Below, one piece after another: positions 38,399 to 48,081 of a DNA stretch of 64,000 bases. The stretch is from Gammaproteobacteria bacterium (lineage in GTDB: Bacteria > Pseudomonadota > Gammaproteobacteria > Ga0077536), in NCBI GenBank assembly GCA_963662545.2, contig CAXXLL010000002.1, positions 1,888,001-1,952,000 on the forward strand, given 5' to 3'. The stretch's first letter is position 1. Each line of letters begins with the position of its first letter. The position numbers and the translations under genes were made by a program. The notes under the pieces are model-generated. The model had not been told where the DNA came from. It saw nothing but the letters and a program-made list of their open reading frames with translations, and did no database searches.

Positions 38399-39337
38399 TC
38401 AGAGCGCGGCGAGCGATCGGTTCGCGATCGGGGACCGGGCGGTTACGGGTCCGGGCGGATGCACGTCCGGATAGAGTGCATGCGCGATGATTTCGGCGCT
38501 GTCGGCCAGACGCGGACCGGGCCGGCTGAAATACGCATTGCCGTCCGTGACGAAGACCTGGTTCTGCTTGACCGCGCGCAACTCACACCAGCCGCTAGTA
38601 TCGAGCACGGCCGCGACTTCATCGAGGCTACGTTCCATGGAAAAACCACAACATGCAATAAACAGCATGTCCGGATCGGCTTGGGCGATCTCGTGCAGGC
38701 TGGTCGTAGTTGACGCTCGCCCGGTCATGCCGAAACAGTCGTAGCCCCCGGCCATGCGGACGAGTTCAGGATTCCAATGTCCACCGCGAAACGGCGGATC
38801 GATCCACTCCAGGAAAACCGTGCGCCGCGGTGTCCCGGCCCTGAGCAGGGTCGCCGAGCGCACGCGCACCGCGTCGAACCGCGCCTTCATATTCCCGGCT
38901 AGGTCTGCGGCGGCTTGCGGCACCTCGGCAGCCTCGCCGATCGCGCGGACGCACGCTAAGACGTCCTGCAGGGTGTACGGTTCTATGTTCACGATGTTCG
39001 CCGAAATACCGCGCGTGGATGTAAATGCACGGACTTCTTCATCGGCCACTGCGCAGACATCGCACAGAGATTGCGTGACGATCAGATCCGGCGCCAGGCT
39101 TTCCAGCAAATCGGCATCGAGGCTGTACAGCGCCTGCCGGGACTCGAGTTCATTTCGAACCTGGCGATCGATCTCGGCACTGGCTAGATAATGATCGATA
39201 CGGGTCTTCGTCACGCGCGGTAATGCGGCGACACCGGCCGGGAAATCGCACTCGTGAGAAACGCCCACGAGCTGGGATCTCAATCCTAGCGCGCACACGA
39301 TTTCGGTCGCGCTTGGCAACAGAGTTACGATCCTCAT
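38399..39337 (-). CDS. Cobalamin-binding / Fe-B12 substrate-binding-like protein without signal peptide
   Basis: MRIVTLLPSATEI, GVSHECDFP, TQSLCDVCAV, EWIDPP, FSRPGPRL. Confidence 0.8.
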   Translation of the reverse strand: MRIVTLLPSATEIVCALGLRSQLVGVSHECDFPAGVAALPRVTKTRIDHYLASAEIDRQVRNELESRQALYSLDADLLESLAPDLIVTQSLCDVCAVADEEVRAFTSTRGISANIVNIEPYTLQDVLACVRAIGEAAEVPQAAADLAGNMKARFDAVRVRSATLLRAGTPRRTVFLEWIDPPFRGGHWNPELVRMAGGYDCFGMTGRASTTTSLHEIAQADPDMLFIACCGFSMERSLDEVAAVLDTSGWCELRAVKQNQVFVTDGNAYFSRPGPRLADSAEIIAHALYPDVHPPGPVTARSPIANRSLAAL

Positions 39338-40039
39338 GTCGACATCACCTGATCTCCGAGCCGCATCGAGAAATCGGCAAAGACGAAGCCATCCCGTTCT
39401 ACCACCTCGCCGGATTCAACTGCGATTGGATTTTGAAAGCTTGGACCGTCGACGACAATCGTATGGAATTTCCCCATGTTCGCCGCAGGCATCGACGTCT
39501 GCCGGTAAATCGTCCAACAGCGAACGATCGAATGCGCGCCCCGCAAAGGAAGGTGCGAGCATCCGCGGATCGATGCAGACCAGATAGGCTTTTACGCCCG
39601 CTGCGATCATACGCCCGGCAAGTGGCCGGGTCGGTTCGCCCCACAGGGGAAATAGTGGTTCCACGCCACTGCCCTTAAGCATGCGCAGACGGTATTCGCG
39701 AACGTCGTCCAGGAATAGATCGCCGAAGGCTAAATGCGAAATATCGAAGCGCTTCTTGATCTCCTCGATCGCCCCCAACATTAGCTCCTCGTAGATCGCA
39801 TTCGAACAAGGCCAGGGCAGGTCGACCTCGTGCAGCGGTAGCCCGACCGCCACGGCCTGCGCCTGTACCAGGCTGCGGCGCACACCATGCATCGCGGCAC
39901 GCCCGAAGGACTCGTTGAAACTCGTCAGCAACACACGGACATCGAGGTCCGGATCGCGGCGCAGCACGTTCAAGGCCCAGGCGGCATCCTTGCCCGAGCT
40001 CCACGCAAGCGCGACGCCTGTTCGGGTGCCCCGACTCAA
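39334..40039 (-). pseudogene. Diphthamide-synthase-like PP-loop ATP-binding protein, frameshifted near 39470 (or sequencing error)
   Basis: WSSGKD, FGDLFL and PLW in one frame; the CGE.GE-FHT motif is split and FHTIVVDGP...ERDGFVFAD continues in another frame. Confidence 0.8.
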
Positions 40040-41064
40040 GCGCCCCGATCCTTGAAATGCGGCATGACTTCCTCAGCGAACAGTGCGAGGTGATCGTTCA
40101 TGAGTTCGACCCCGTAACCCGGGGGAACCGTCCAATTGTAGTACCGTTCGATACCGTTCGCTTCCACGTAATCGCCAATGAGGTCTACCGCCTCCTGCGG
40201 TGACACGCAAAGCAGTATCCCCATCTCGCGGAGATCCTCAATGCCGGCGATCGGCGGAAAGAGCGCCTGGCCGGCATCGCTGAGCCAGCGGTTATACGTC
40301 TCGATCTGGTAAAGCACGTGCGGCGCGACTGAGGCGAAGGTCTTGTCCGGATCGCGCGAGGCGATGAGCCAGAAATGACCACCGGCGAGCCGGACCTCGC
40401 CCGGTCGTCCAAGCCGCTGCCACTCCTCGCGGAACAACTTCGATTGTTCGACCATGTCGCCGGTGCCGATATAGCCATCGCCCAGGCGTGCCGCGCGTCG
40501 CACCGCCACGGGCGCAAAGCCGCCGACCCACAAGGGCGGGCGCGGCTCCTGCACGGTCGGCGGTTCCAGCCTGGCGCCCTTAATTTGATAATGAACACCC
40601 TCGAAATCGACGGTTTCTCCGTCCCACAGGCGGCGGATGATTTCCAGACCCTCATCGATACGTCCGGCGCGGTCGGCAGCCTGGTAACCCAGACCCTCGA
40701 ATTCCTGCGGTCGATAACCGACGCCGACACCGAGTTCGAAACGTCCATTCGAAAGAATGTCGATGGTAGCGCCGTCTTCTGCGACGCGAACCGCGTGGTG
40801 CAAAGGCAGCAGGAGCACGCCGGTACCGATCCGGATCCGCCGGGTAGTCGCCGCAACGGCGGCCGCCAACGGCAGTATCGAAGGCGCGTGCCCGTCGTCG
40901 CAGAAATGATGCTCGGTCAGCCACACGTCGTCGTATCCGATCGTTTCAGCCCATGCGATCTGGCGCAGGTGGGCCGCATAGAGGTCGGCATAAGGGGTTT
41001 GCCATTGCGGGGGGTTGCGAAACGAATACCACAGACCGAACTTTAAGGACGTGCTTGTTGCCAT
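40036..41064 (-). CDS. LLM-class flavin-dependent oxidoreductase
   Basis: GYDDVWLTEHHF, GRFELGVGVGY, PPLWVGG, LFAEEVMP. Confidence 0.9.
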   Translation of the reverse strand: MATSTSLKFGLWYSFRNPPQWQTPYADLYAAHLRQIAWAETIGYDDVWLTEHHFCDDGHAPSILPLAAAVAATTRRIRIGTGVLLLPLHHAVRVAEDGATIDILSNGRFELGVGVGYRPQEFEGLGYQAADRAGRIDEGLEIIRRLWDGETVDFEGVHYQIKGARLEPPTVQEPRPPLWVGGFAPVAVRRAARLGDGYIGTGDMVEQSKLFREEWQRLGRPGEVRLAGGHFWLIASRDPDKTFASVAPHVLYQIETYNRWLSDAGQALFPPIAGIEDLREMGILLCVSPQEAVDLIGDYVEANGIERYYNWTVPPGYGVELMNDHLALFAEEVMPHFKDRGA

Positions 41065-41155
41065 GGTGGCAGATTCTCCCGTAAACGCAGTGAAATGATC
41101 AATCCGCTAAATAGCATCCATCGAGAAAGAACAGCGCTCGCCAAAACGAAATGCG

Positions 41156-41941
41156 TTATTCGCCCGCAATCGGTGCGCGCGCGCTGAGTGCCTGTTCGAT
41201 ACCGGCATCTTTGAGATAACGACTTGAAACACCGAATACCGACTCGATGTTTTTCGATGTCAGCACTTCTCGCGGGACGCCAGTGGCAATCGCCTGGCCC
41301 TCGTTCATCAAAACCAGTCGATCGCAGTGCCGCGCGGCGATATTCAAATCATGGAGTACGACGGCAGCGCCGCGATCCTCCTTAGTATGCCGGCGCAGCG
41401 TGCCCAGGATCTCCAACTGAAAATGCGGATCCAGATTCGCTATCGGTTCGTCCGCGAGAATGAGTTCATGACCGCCGGCGATCAACCGGGCGATATGAAC
41501 ACGGGCCAGCTCGCCGCCGGACAGCGCGTTTCCACGGCGATCGAGCAGGGCGTGCAGATCCGTCTCGCTGATAGCCTCTGCGATCAGACGGCGATCGTGT
41601 TCACCCAGGGTGCCGAGACCGCGTACGTGTGGTAAGCGTCCCAGTGCAACGATGGTCCTGACAGGCAGCGGCCAATGCAGTTCCGGGTTCTGCGCGTGAT
41701 AACCGATCCGTCGTGCGAGCTCGACCGCCGATATTCCAGATAAGTCGACATCGTCGATCGACACCTGGCCCGCAATCGTTCGCTCGAGCCGTGCCAGTAC
41801 CCGCAGCAAAGTTGACTTACCCGATCCATTAGGGCCGATGATGCCGACGAATTCGCCCGCGCGGAGTTCAATCTTAACCTCGTCGAGTATCCGGCATCCG
41901 CCTTTCTCGACCACGATCCCTTCCGCGGCTAAGCGTTTCAT
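41156..41941 (-). CDS. Cobalamin/iron-chelate ABC transporter ATP-binding protein
   Basis: GPNGSGKST, LSGGE, ADEPIANLD, VLHDLN. Confidence 0.92.
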   Translation of the reverse strand: MKRLAAEGIVVEKGGCRILDEVKIELRAGEFVGIIGPNGSGKSTLLRVLARLERTIAGQVSIDDVDLSGISAVELARRIGYHAQNPELHWPLPVRTIVALGRLPHVRGLGTLGEHDRRLIAEAISETDLHALLDRRGNALSGGELARVHIARLIAGGHELILADEPIANLDPHFQLEILGTLRRHTKEDRGAAVVLHDLNIAARHCDRLVLMNEGQAIATGVPREVLTSKNIESVFGVSSRYLKDAGIEQALSARAPIAGE

Positions 41942-42981
41942 TGATACACCGTCCGCTTCCGCAGCACGAGGTGAAGAAAAAACGGCGCGCCGATGAGTGC
42001 GGTGACGACGCCGAGCCGCAGCTCACCCGCCACGACCGGGACGCGCGTGCCGATGTCCGCCGCGAGGGTCAAGGCGGCGCCGCCCAGGGTGCTCGCCCCC
42101 AGCAGCGCGCCTGGACGCTGGCCGACGAGCGGCCGCATCAAATGCGGCACCACCAGCCCGATGAACCCGACCACGCCCGTGACTGCAACGCTGCTACCCA
42201 CTGCAAGCGCCGTACCGACAATAATCTGCGCGCGCGTGCGCACCAGATCGATGCCGAGGCTCGTGGCCGTTTCTTCGCCCAACGACAAGGCATCGAGCGC
42301 CCGGCCGGTTGTGAGCAGCAGCAACCAGCCGCAAACAATGAATGGTGCAATGAGCGCGACGTGTTCGAAACTTCGATTCGACAGCGAACCCAGCAGCCAG
42401 AAAAAGATCTCGTAGGTCGCGAACGGGTTCGGCGATAGGCTTAGAACCAGCGTGGTCAGGGCGCCCGCGAGACTGTTAATGGCCACGCCGGCGAGGATAA
42501 TGGTGAGGATGCTGGCATTGCGCCCGGCGAGAACATAGATGGCGGCCACGGAGAGGAGCGCGCCGGCGATGCCGCTGGCCGGCAAAATCCAGTGTGCCGC
42601 ACCCGCCGCGCCGAGATAGAAAGCAAGCACGGCGCCGAGCGCGGCGCAGCCCGAAACGCCGATGATACCCGGTTCCGAAAGGGGATTACGCAATAAGCCC
42701 TGCAGCGCTGCACCAGCGAGACCGAGGCTGCCACCGACGGCGAGTCCAAGCAAAGCACGCGGAAGTCGGATTTCACGTGCGATCAAACTCAAGACATCCC
42801 CGTGATCCCCGCTCAAGAGATCGATCAGCTTTAAGGGTGAAATGAATACGGGGCCGATGCACAGCGAAGCAACAAAGAGTAGGGCGACGAGTAACGACAA
42901 GCCCGCATAGAGCGGTATCGCACCGGGGCCTGTCAGCGCCCGTTCCCATTGGCGCTCGCTCGCGTTCGAACCTACGGCCAT
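41938..42981 (-). CDS. Cobalamin/iron-chelate ABC permease (BtuC/FecCD)
   Basis: IRLPR, QGLLRNPL, WLLGSL, GFIGLVVPH, GAPFF. Confidence 0.92.
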   Translation of the reverse strand: MAVGSNASERQWERALTGPGAIPLYAGLSLLVALLFVASLCIGPVFISPLKLIDLLSGDHGDVLSLIAREIRLPRALLGLAVGGSLGLAGAALQGLLRNPLSEPGIIGVSGCAALGAVLAFYLGAAGAAHWILPASGIAGALLSVAAIYVLAGRNASILTIILAGVAINSLAGALTTLVLSLSPNPFATYEIFFWLLGSLSNRSFEHVALIAPFIVCGWLLLLTTGRALDALSLGEETATSLGIDLVRTRAQIIVGTALAVGSSVAVTGVVGFIGLVVPHLMRPLVGQRPGALLGASTLGGAALTLAADIGTRVPVVAGELRLGVVTALIGAPFFLHLVLRKRTVYQ

Positions 42982-43802
42982 CACTGTACGGCGTGCTGCA
43001 GTATTTCGATCGCGCGCCCGTTGAACAAGCCGGCACAGGTCCAGAGGTTTTCCGGTACTTTAACCAGCAGGGGGCGTTTGCGCTCCGGACCACCCGCGAG
43101 AAATCCGCGCAGCGCAGGGTGAGACAGTTGCGCATCGGCGAGCGACGGCTGCCGGTTCTGCCGCACGCTGAACACCACGGCGTCGGGTGCGAGGAACAGT
43201 AGCGATTCGAGTGCGAGGAAGCCACCGAAAGTAAAGTCGAGTTCGGCAGCGACGTTGCGGTATCCAGCCCGCGTCATGAGGTCGCTCATCAAGGTCCGCG
43301 TGCCCGGCATGAAGCCGTTCGGTTGATAAACCAGAGCTCTGGGGCGCGCCACAAAGGCGCCTTGGTCCGGCGTTTCTTTGGTGAGAGCGTCGATGCGTTC
43401 GACGATTTTGCGCGCCCGGTCAGCGACGCCGATAGCCGCACCGAGACGTTCGAGGTTGCCGCGGTACTCGACGAGGTCGTTGGCATGGTCGAAGAGCATG
43501 ACGGGAATGCCGAATTTTTGCAGCAAGCGCCGCGCAAACGGCAAGGTCGTTCGATCCGTAATCACAAGATCGGGCTCGAGCGCGACGATTTCCTCGGCGT
43601 GCCCACGGTTAATGGGGATCATTTTGGCCTCTGCAGAGAAAACACTCAGATTCGGATCACGGGAAAGAAACGAGACAGACGCGATTCGTTCGAGGTCCAC
43701 CAGCTCGAAGAGCATTGAATCAGTACACAGGTTCATCGACACGATACGCGCCGGATGATCGGCCCCATCGACGGCCGTCGATGCGAGCGACAAGGCGAGC
43801 AC
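42981..43802 (-). CDS. Cobalamin/iron ABC substrate-binding protein (BtuF-like)
   Basis: PARIVSMNLCTD, AEEIVALEPD, HPAL, WTCAG. Start uncertain; GTG 43802 avoids overlap with the DAHP synthase gene. Confidence 0.8.
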   Translation of the reverse strand: MLALSLASTAVDGADHPARIVSMNLCTDSMLFELVDLERIASVSFLSRDPNLSVFSAEAKMIPINRGHAEEIVALEPDLVITDRTTLPFARRLLQKFGIPVMLFDHANDLVEYRGNLERLGAAIGVADRARKIVERIDALTKETPDQGAFVARPRALVYQPNGFMPGTRTLMSDLMTRAGYRNVAAELDFTFGGFLALESLLFLAPDAVVFSVRQNRQPSLADAQLSHPALRGFLAGGPERKRPLLVKVPENLWTCAGLFNGRAIEILQHAVQ

Positions 43803-43807
43803 GAAGA

Positions 43808-44869
43808 TCAGCGAGCAGCGCGTCGGCGGCGGATCGCCTCGGCGAACTCGTGCAGCAAAGGTTCGGTCATCTCCCATGACATACAGGCGTCCGTAATGCT
43901 CCGACCGTAGACCAGCGGCGTCTCATCATTGTGATTCTGTTTACCTTCCTTTAGGTGACTTTCGAGCATGACGCCCGCAATGAGATGCGAGCCTGCGGCG
44001 ATTTGACCGCAGAGATCGCGGACCACCTCCGGCTGGCGCTTATAATCCTTGCGACTGTTGCCGTGACTGCAGTCCACCATGAGGCGGTCGCGCAATCCGG
44101 CCTCGCGTAATCCGGCCGCGGCGCTCTCCAGCGCTGTCGCACTGTAGTTGGGAGCTGCATTGGATCCCCGCATGATCAGATGGCAGGCATCGTTGCCACG
44201 GGTCGTAACGATGGCGGCAATGCTCTGCTTGGTCACGGATAGAAAATGGTGCGGATGACGCGCAGCGCCGATCGCATCCACCGCAATCTGTATGTTCCCG
44301 TCGGTGCCATTCTTGAAACCGATCGGCATGGATGAACCGGACGCCAATTCGCGGTGAATCTGGCTCTCCGTCGTTCGTGCGCCGATCGCACCCCAGGCTA
44401 CGAGGTCCGCGACGAACTGCGGCGTGATGACGTCGAGAAACTCGGAGCCGGACGGAATACCGCGATGGGCGAGTTCCAGCAGCAGGCCACGCGCGGCGCG
44501 TAGACCGTTGTTGATATCGAAGCTGCCGTCGAGATGCGGGTCGTTGATCAGGCCTTTCCAGCCAATCGTGGTCCGCGGTTTCTCGAAGTAGACGCGCATG
44601 ACGATGAAAAGCTCACCGTCGAGTTCCCGCATCAGACCATGCAGACGATCGGCGTATTCGAGTGCGGCCTTGCTGTCGTGAATTGAGCAGGGCCCAGCCA
44701 CGACCAGTAGGCGATCGTCGTTACCATTGATGATCGCTTCGACTGCCTGCCGCGCATTGGCGACGATATTGGAGGCCTTCTCGGAGACGGGAATCTCTTC
44801 CATCAAAATCGCCGGCGAGATCAACGGCCGGTAACCGCTGATACGCTCGTCGTCAGTGATGTGAAACAT
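43808..44869 (-). CDS. 3-deoxy-7-phosphoheptulonate (DAHP) synthase, class I alpha
   Basis: GPCSIHD, RVYFEKPRT, GARTTESQ, DCSHGNS, SITDAC. Confidence 0.95.
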   Translation of the reverse strand: MFHITDDERISGYRPLISPAILMEEIPVSEKASNIVANARQAVEAIINGNDDRLLVVAGPCSIHDSKAALEYADRLHGLMRELDGELFIVMRVYFEKPRTTIGWKGLINDPHLDGSFDINNGLRAARGLLLELAHRGIPSGSEFLDVITPQFVADLVAWGAIGARTTESQIHRELASGSSMPIGFKNGTDGNIQIAVDAIGAARHPHHFLSVTKQSIAAIVTTRGNDACHLIMRGSNAAPNYSATALESAAAGLREAGLRDRLMVDCSHGNSRKDYKRQPEVVRDLCGQIAAGSHLIAGVMLESHLKEGKQNHNDETPLVYGRSITDACMSWEMTEPLLHEFAEAIRRRRAAR

Positions 44870-44977
44870 GTCGCGCGGCTCCGTCGCTATCGATCAAGGG
44901 GCGCGATGATAAAGCGGCGATGCGATTATCGCCAGCCGACATTCAATAGATTTTATGATCTAACTGCCGTGGATCGC

Positions 44978-47101
44978 TCAAGCTTGTTGTAACCAGGTTC
45001 CAAACTGGTACGCAAAGAGCGCGCCCAGATAAGCCAGGCCCGTCATGTAGATCCACGCCGCAGTCGGCCAGGCCCAGGTGCCGGTTTCGCGCCGCATCAC
45101 GGCCATGGTCGAAGCGCATTGAAGGCAAAATGCGAAAAAAATCATGAGGCCCAGAACCATGGGCAGGGTATATACGAGGGAGCCGTCTGCGTGCCGCGCC
45201 GACTGGATACGGCTGGTCAAGCTCGCCCCCTCCGAATCGCCACCGACCGCATAAATCGTCCCGAGTACCGCGATCACGACTTCTCTCGCGGGAAACGAGG
45301 CGACGACGGCAGCCGTTACCTTCCAATCCCAACCCAAGGGGGCGAACAAGGGGGCGACGCCGCGACTGATCTGCCCCAGATAGCTTTGTTCGAGTTGCTG
45401 AGCGGCCACGGCCGCACCGCCAGCCGGCGAATGTAGGTCGGTGTGTAACGGAAAGGATGCGAGCACCCAAACGACGATGGCAACGGCAAAGATGATGGTG
45501 CCGGCACGCTTGAGGAAAATCAGTGCGCGGGCAAAGAGCTTGCTCAACACCGCCCTGGCACTCGGTATTCGGTAGGGCGGCATCTCCAGCAGAAACCTCG
45601 ATTTTTTCCTCGACCAGAATATGCGGCTAACGAGCCAGGCCGTCATCGCGCCGCCGACGATACCCAAAACATAGAGACCAAGCAGGACCAGTCCCCGCTG
45701 ATTGACCAGGCCGCTGACATAACGCGTATCCGGGATGAACGCTGTGATCAACAGCGAATAGACGGGCAGCCGCGCCGAGCAGGTCATGAACGGCGCGGCC
45801 AGAATGGTCGCGAGACGGTCGTGTTTGTTCGCGATGACGCGCGTGCCCATGATGCCGGGGACGGCGCAGGCGAAACTCGACAACATGGGGATAAAAGATT
45901 GGCCCGATAATCCCATGCCGCGCATCAAGCGATCCATCAGGAAAGCGGCCCGCGCCATGTAGCCGGAGTCTTCGAGAATAATAATGAAAGCGAAAAGAAT
46001 GACGATTTGAGGCAGGAACACGACGACGCTGCCGACGCCCGCGACAACGCCTTCGGAGATGAAGCGGGCGAACAAGCCGCCTCCCGGGATGGCCGCCGTG
46101 ATCTCGGCGAGCGAACCGGTTAAAACATTAATGGCATCGACCAACGGTCCGGCGCAAGCAAATACCGCCTGGAATACCGTTGCCATGACCAGCACGAATA
46201 ACAGCGTACCGCTGACGGGATGGTTGACACACCGGTCCAGAAACTCGGCGATCGGGCGAGTAGCGCCAGCGCTGCGGTGTTCCACGCCCGCAAGCTGCGA
46301 GTGGATCCAACTGTAGCGGTCGCGTGCCTCCAGCGTCGCGAGATTTCTCCCTCCGCCGACCTTGTGCCGCAGCACCTTGAGCCGTTCGACGGTCGCGCGA
46401 CCGCCAATCTCGACGAGGCGGGCTTCGGCGTATCCGCCGCCGTCGACGAGCGCACGACTCGCTTCGAGCGCACTGAGACGATGAGACGCCCTTGAGACAT
46501 TCTCGGCCAACTCCTGAGCCGCGTTGCCGAGCACCGGATTGATCATGATGTCGGGCGGTGTGCCTTTTTCCAGAACGCCGATGACTGCCTGCTTCAACTC
46601 GGCGAGGCCCCTACCCTCGGTTGCGGAGAGGGGAACGACGGGGCAGTCGAGACGGCGCGACAATTCGCCGTGGTCGATTTCGATCCCTTCAAGAGCCAAG
46701 CGATCGATCATATTCAATGCAATAACGGTGGGCACACCCGCTTCGAGTATCTGGGAGGCCAAAAACAGGTTACGGCGAAGATTGGTCGCATCGATGACCA
46801 CGATCACGGCATCCGGCATGCCAAGATTGGAAACCGCGCCGCGCAGCACGTCGACCGTGACGATCTCATCGGGAGACATGGCAGCCAGCGAGTAAGTGCC
46901 CGGGACGTCGACAACGCGGACCGTGATACCGCCTAGATCGCAGTGACCTGAGACCTGCTCGACCGTGACACCGGGATAGTTGCTGACCTTTTGCCTGAGC
47001 CCGGTCAGTTGATTGAACAGGGTGCTCTTACCGGTGTTCGGGTTACCGACGGTAACCACGACCGGTGTTGCCTTTGTCGCGGTGCTGACGGCGGCATCCA
47101 T
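44978..47101 (-). CDS. feoB: Ferrous iron transporter B
   Basis: GNPNTGKS, NYPGVTVE, DVPGTYSL, PFMTCSARLP. Confidence 0.95.
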   Translation of the reverse strand: MDAAVSTATKATPVVVTVGNPNTGKSTLFNQLTGLRQKVSNYPGVTVEQVSGHCDLGGITVRVVDVPGTYSLAAMSPDEIVTVDVLRGAVSNLGMPDAVIVVIDATNLRRNLFLASQILEAGVPTVIALNMIDRLALEGIEIDHGELSRRLDCPVVPLSATEGRGLAELKQAVIGVLEKGTPPDIMINPVLGNAAQELAENVSRASHRLSALEASRALVDGGGYAEARLVEIGGRATVERLKVLRHKVGGGRNLATLEARDRYSWIHSQLAGVEHRSAGATRPIAEFLDRCVNHPVSGTLLFVLVMATVFQAVFACAGPLVDAINVLTGSLAEITAAIPGGGLFARFISEGVVAGVGSVVVFLPQIVILFAFIIILEDSGYMARAAFLMDRLMRGMGLSGQSFIPMLSSFACAVPGIMGTRVIANKHDRLATILAAPFMTCSARLPVYSLLITAFIPDTRYVSGLVNQRGLVLLGLYVLGIVGGAMTAWLVSRIFWSRKKSRFLLEMPPYRIPSARAVLSKLFARALIFLKRAGTIIFAVAIVVWVLASFPLHTDLHSPAGGAAVAAQQLEQSYLGQISRGVAPLFAPLGWDWKVTAAVVASFPAREVVIAVLGTIYAVGGDSEGASLTSRIQSARHADGSLVYTLPMVLGLMIFFAFCLQCASTMAVMRRETGTWAWPTAAWIYMTGLAYLGALFAYQFGTWLQQA

Positions 47102-47456
47102 TACCTAATGTGGTGCCCCGCAATAAACTTTCATCATTCGCTGGTCTTCATACCGCGCTGGAGCGTTGGGAGTCCTGCACGACCCAATGAAACGATTATC
47201 GGGAATATAATTACGGAGCAGCACCCTAGGAGCCTGTGCGGCATAGGATGGACCTATTGCGGCGGTGGGAAATCGGTCCATCTTTTCGATCATTTTGTTC
47301 AGCGCGTCCCGGCGCTTCACCCCTTCGGGACTAGCGCAAAAATTCGTTACCGATGAATTTTTCGTTAAATAGTCACCCCTGTTCGCCTCAAATGATCGAA
47401 AAGCTGGCCTCGATTCCCCACTCGCCTCGCTACGATTCCCTATGCCGTGCAGGCTC

Positions 47457-47690
47457 CTAGCGGACTTCGCCGACAAGGACGTTGGCAGCTTCGTCGTTTC
47501 TAAGAGAAAGCGAATAGCCCATGAGGCGAATTTCTACGGGATCCCCGGCTGGCGCCAACCGTATGATTTCAACCGGCGTGCCCTCGATGATACCCATCTG
47601 CATCAAACGTTGGGCACCCTCGTTGAATTCGGCATACCCCTCGACGATACCCGACTGCCCGGGTTTCAAAGCCGCGAGCGTCGTGGTCAT
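47457..47690 (-). CDS. feoA: Ferrous iron transport protein A
   Basis: RLMQMGI, APAGDPV, LSLR..EA; start overlaps the stop of the upstream FeoA. Confidence 0.88.
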   Translation of the reverse strand: MTTTLAALKPGQSGIVEGYAEFNEGAQRLMQMGIIEGTPVEIIRLAPAGDPVEIRLMGYSLSLRNDEAANVLVGEVR

Positions 47691-47947
47691 CGACCCGAGA
47701 GGAAGGATAAAACGGAGCGAGATGGTTCTTCGAGGAGGTCGACCTGAATGCGAGAGGCATCGAATCGATTGATGGCCCACTGTTCCTTATCGATACCGAC
47801 GAGCACGGGATCGCCGGTGCCCAGGATCCCGACGCTCGTGCCGGGTACGATCCCGCGCGCCGCATACTTGGCGGTGATTTGGGGATCGTCGGCCTCGATG
47901 CGGGTGATGACCGCGCGCGCGCCGCGTTTCAGGTTCGACAAGTTCAA
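47687..47947 (-). CDS. FeoA-domain protein
   Basis: LSNLKRG, RGIVPGT, GDPVLV. Confidence 0.75.
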   Translation of the reverse strand: MNLSNLKRGARAVITRIEADDPQITAKYAARGIVPGTSVGILGTGDPVLVGIDKEQWAINRFDASRIQVDLLEEPSRSVLSFLSGR

Positions 47948-48005
47948 GGTCAGCTCGGCTCCTGCCGGGGCGGACGGTGTCCGCCCTCATCCGATAGGGT
48001 AATCT

Positions 48006-48026
48006 AAATCATAATTATTCGCAATT
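48006..48026. promoter_or_regulatory. Putative Fur box upstream of the feo operon
   Basis: AAATCATAATTATTCGCAATT, an AT-rich Fur-like dyad about 60 bp upstream of the first feoA. Confidence 0.65.
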
Positions 48027-48081
48027 ACGCCGGCAAACGATCCAGCGGCCGGACCGGCGTGCTTGTGGTGCGGCTCTGCAG

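Noticed and set aside
43803-43900. Cobalamin riboswitch expected upstream of the Btu-like genes
   Set aside because: The transporter directly follows the DAHP synthase gene with no leader space, and no B12-box was seen.
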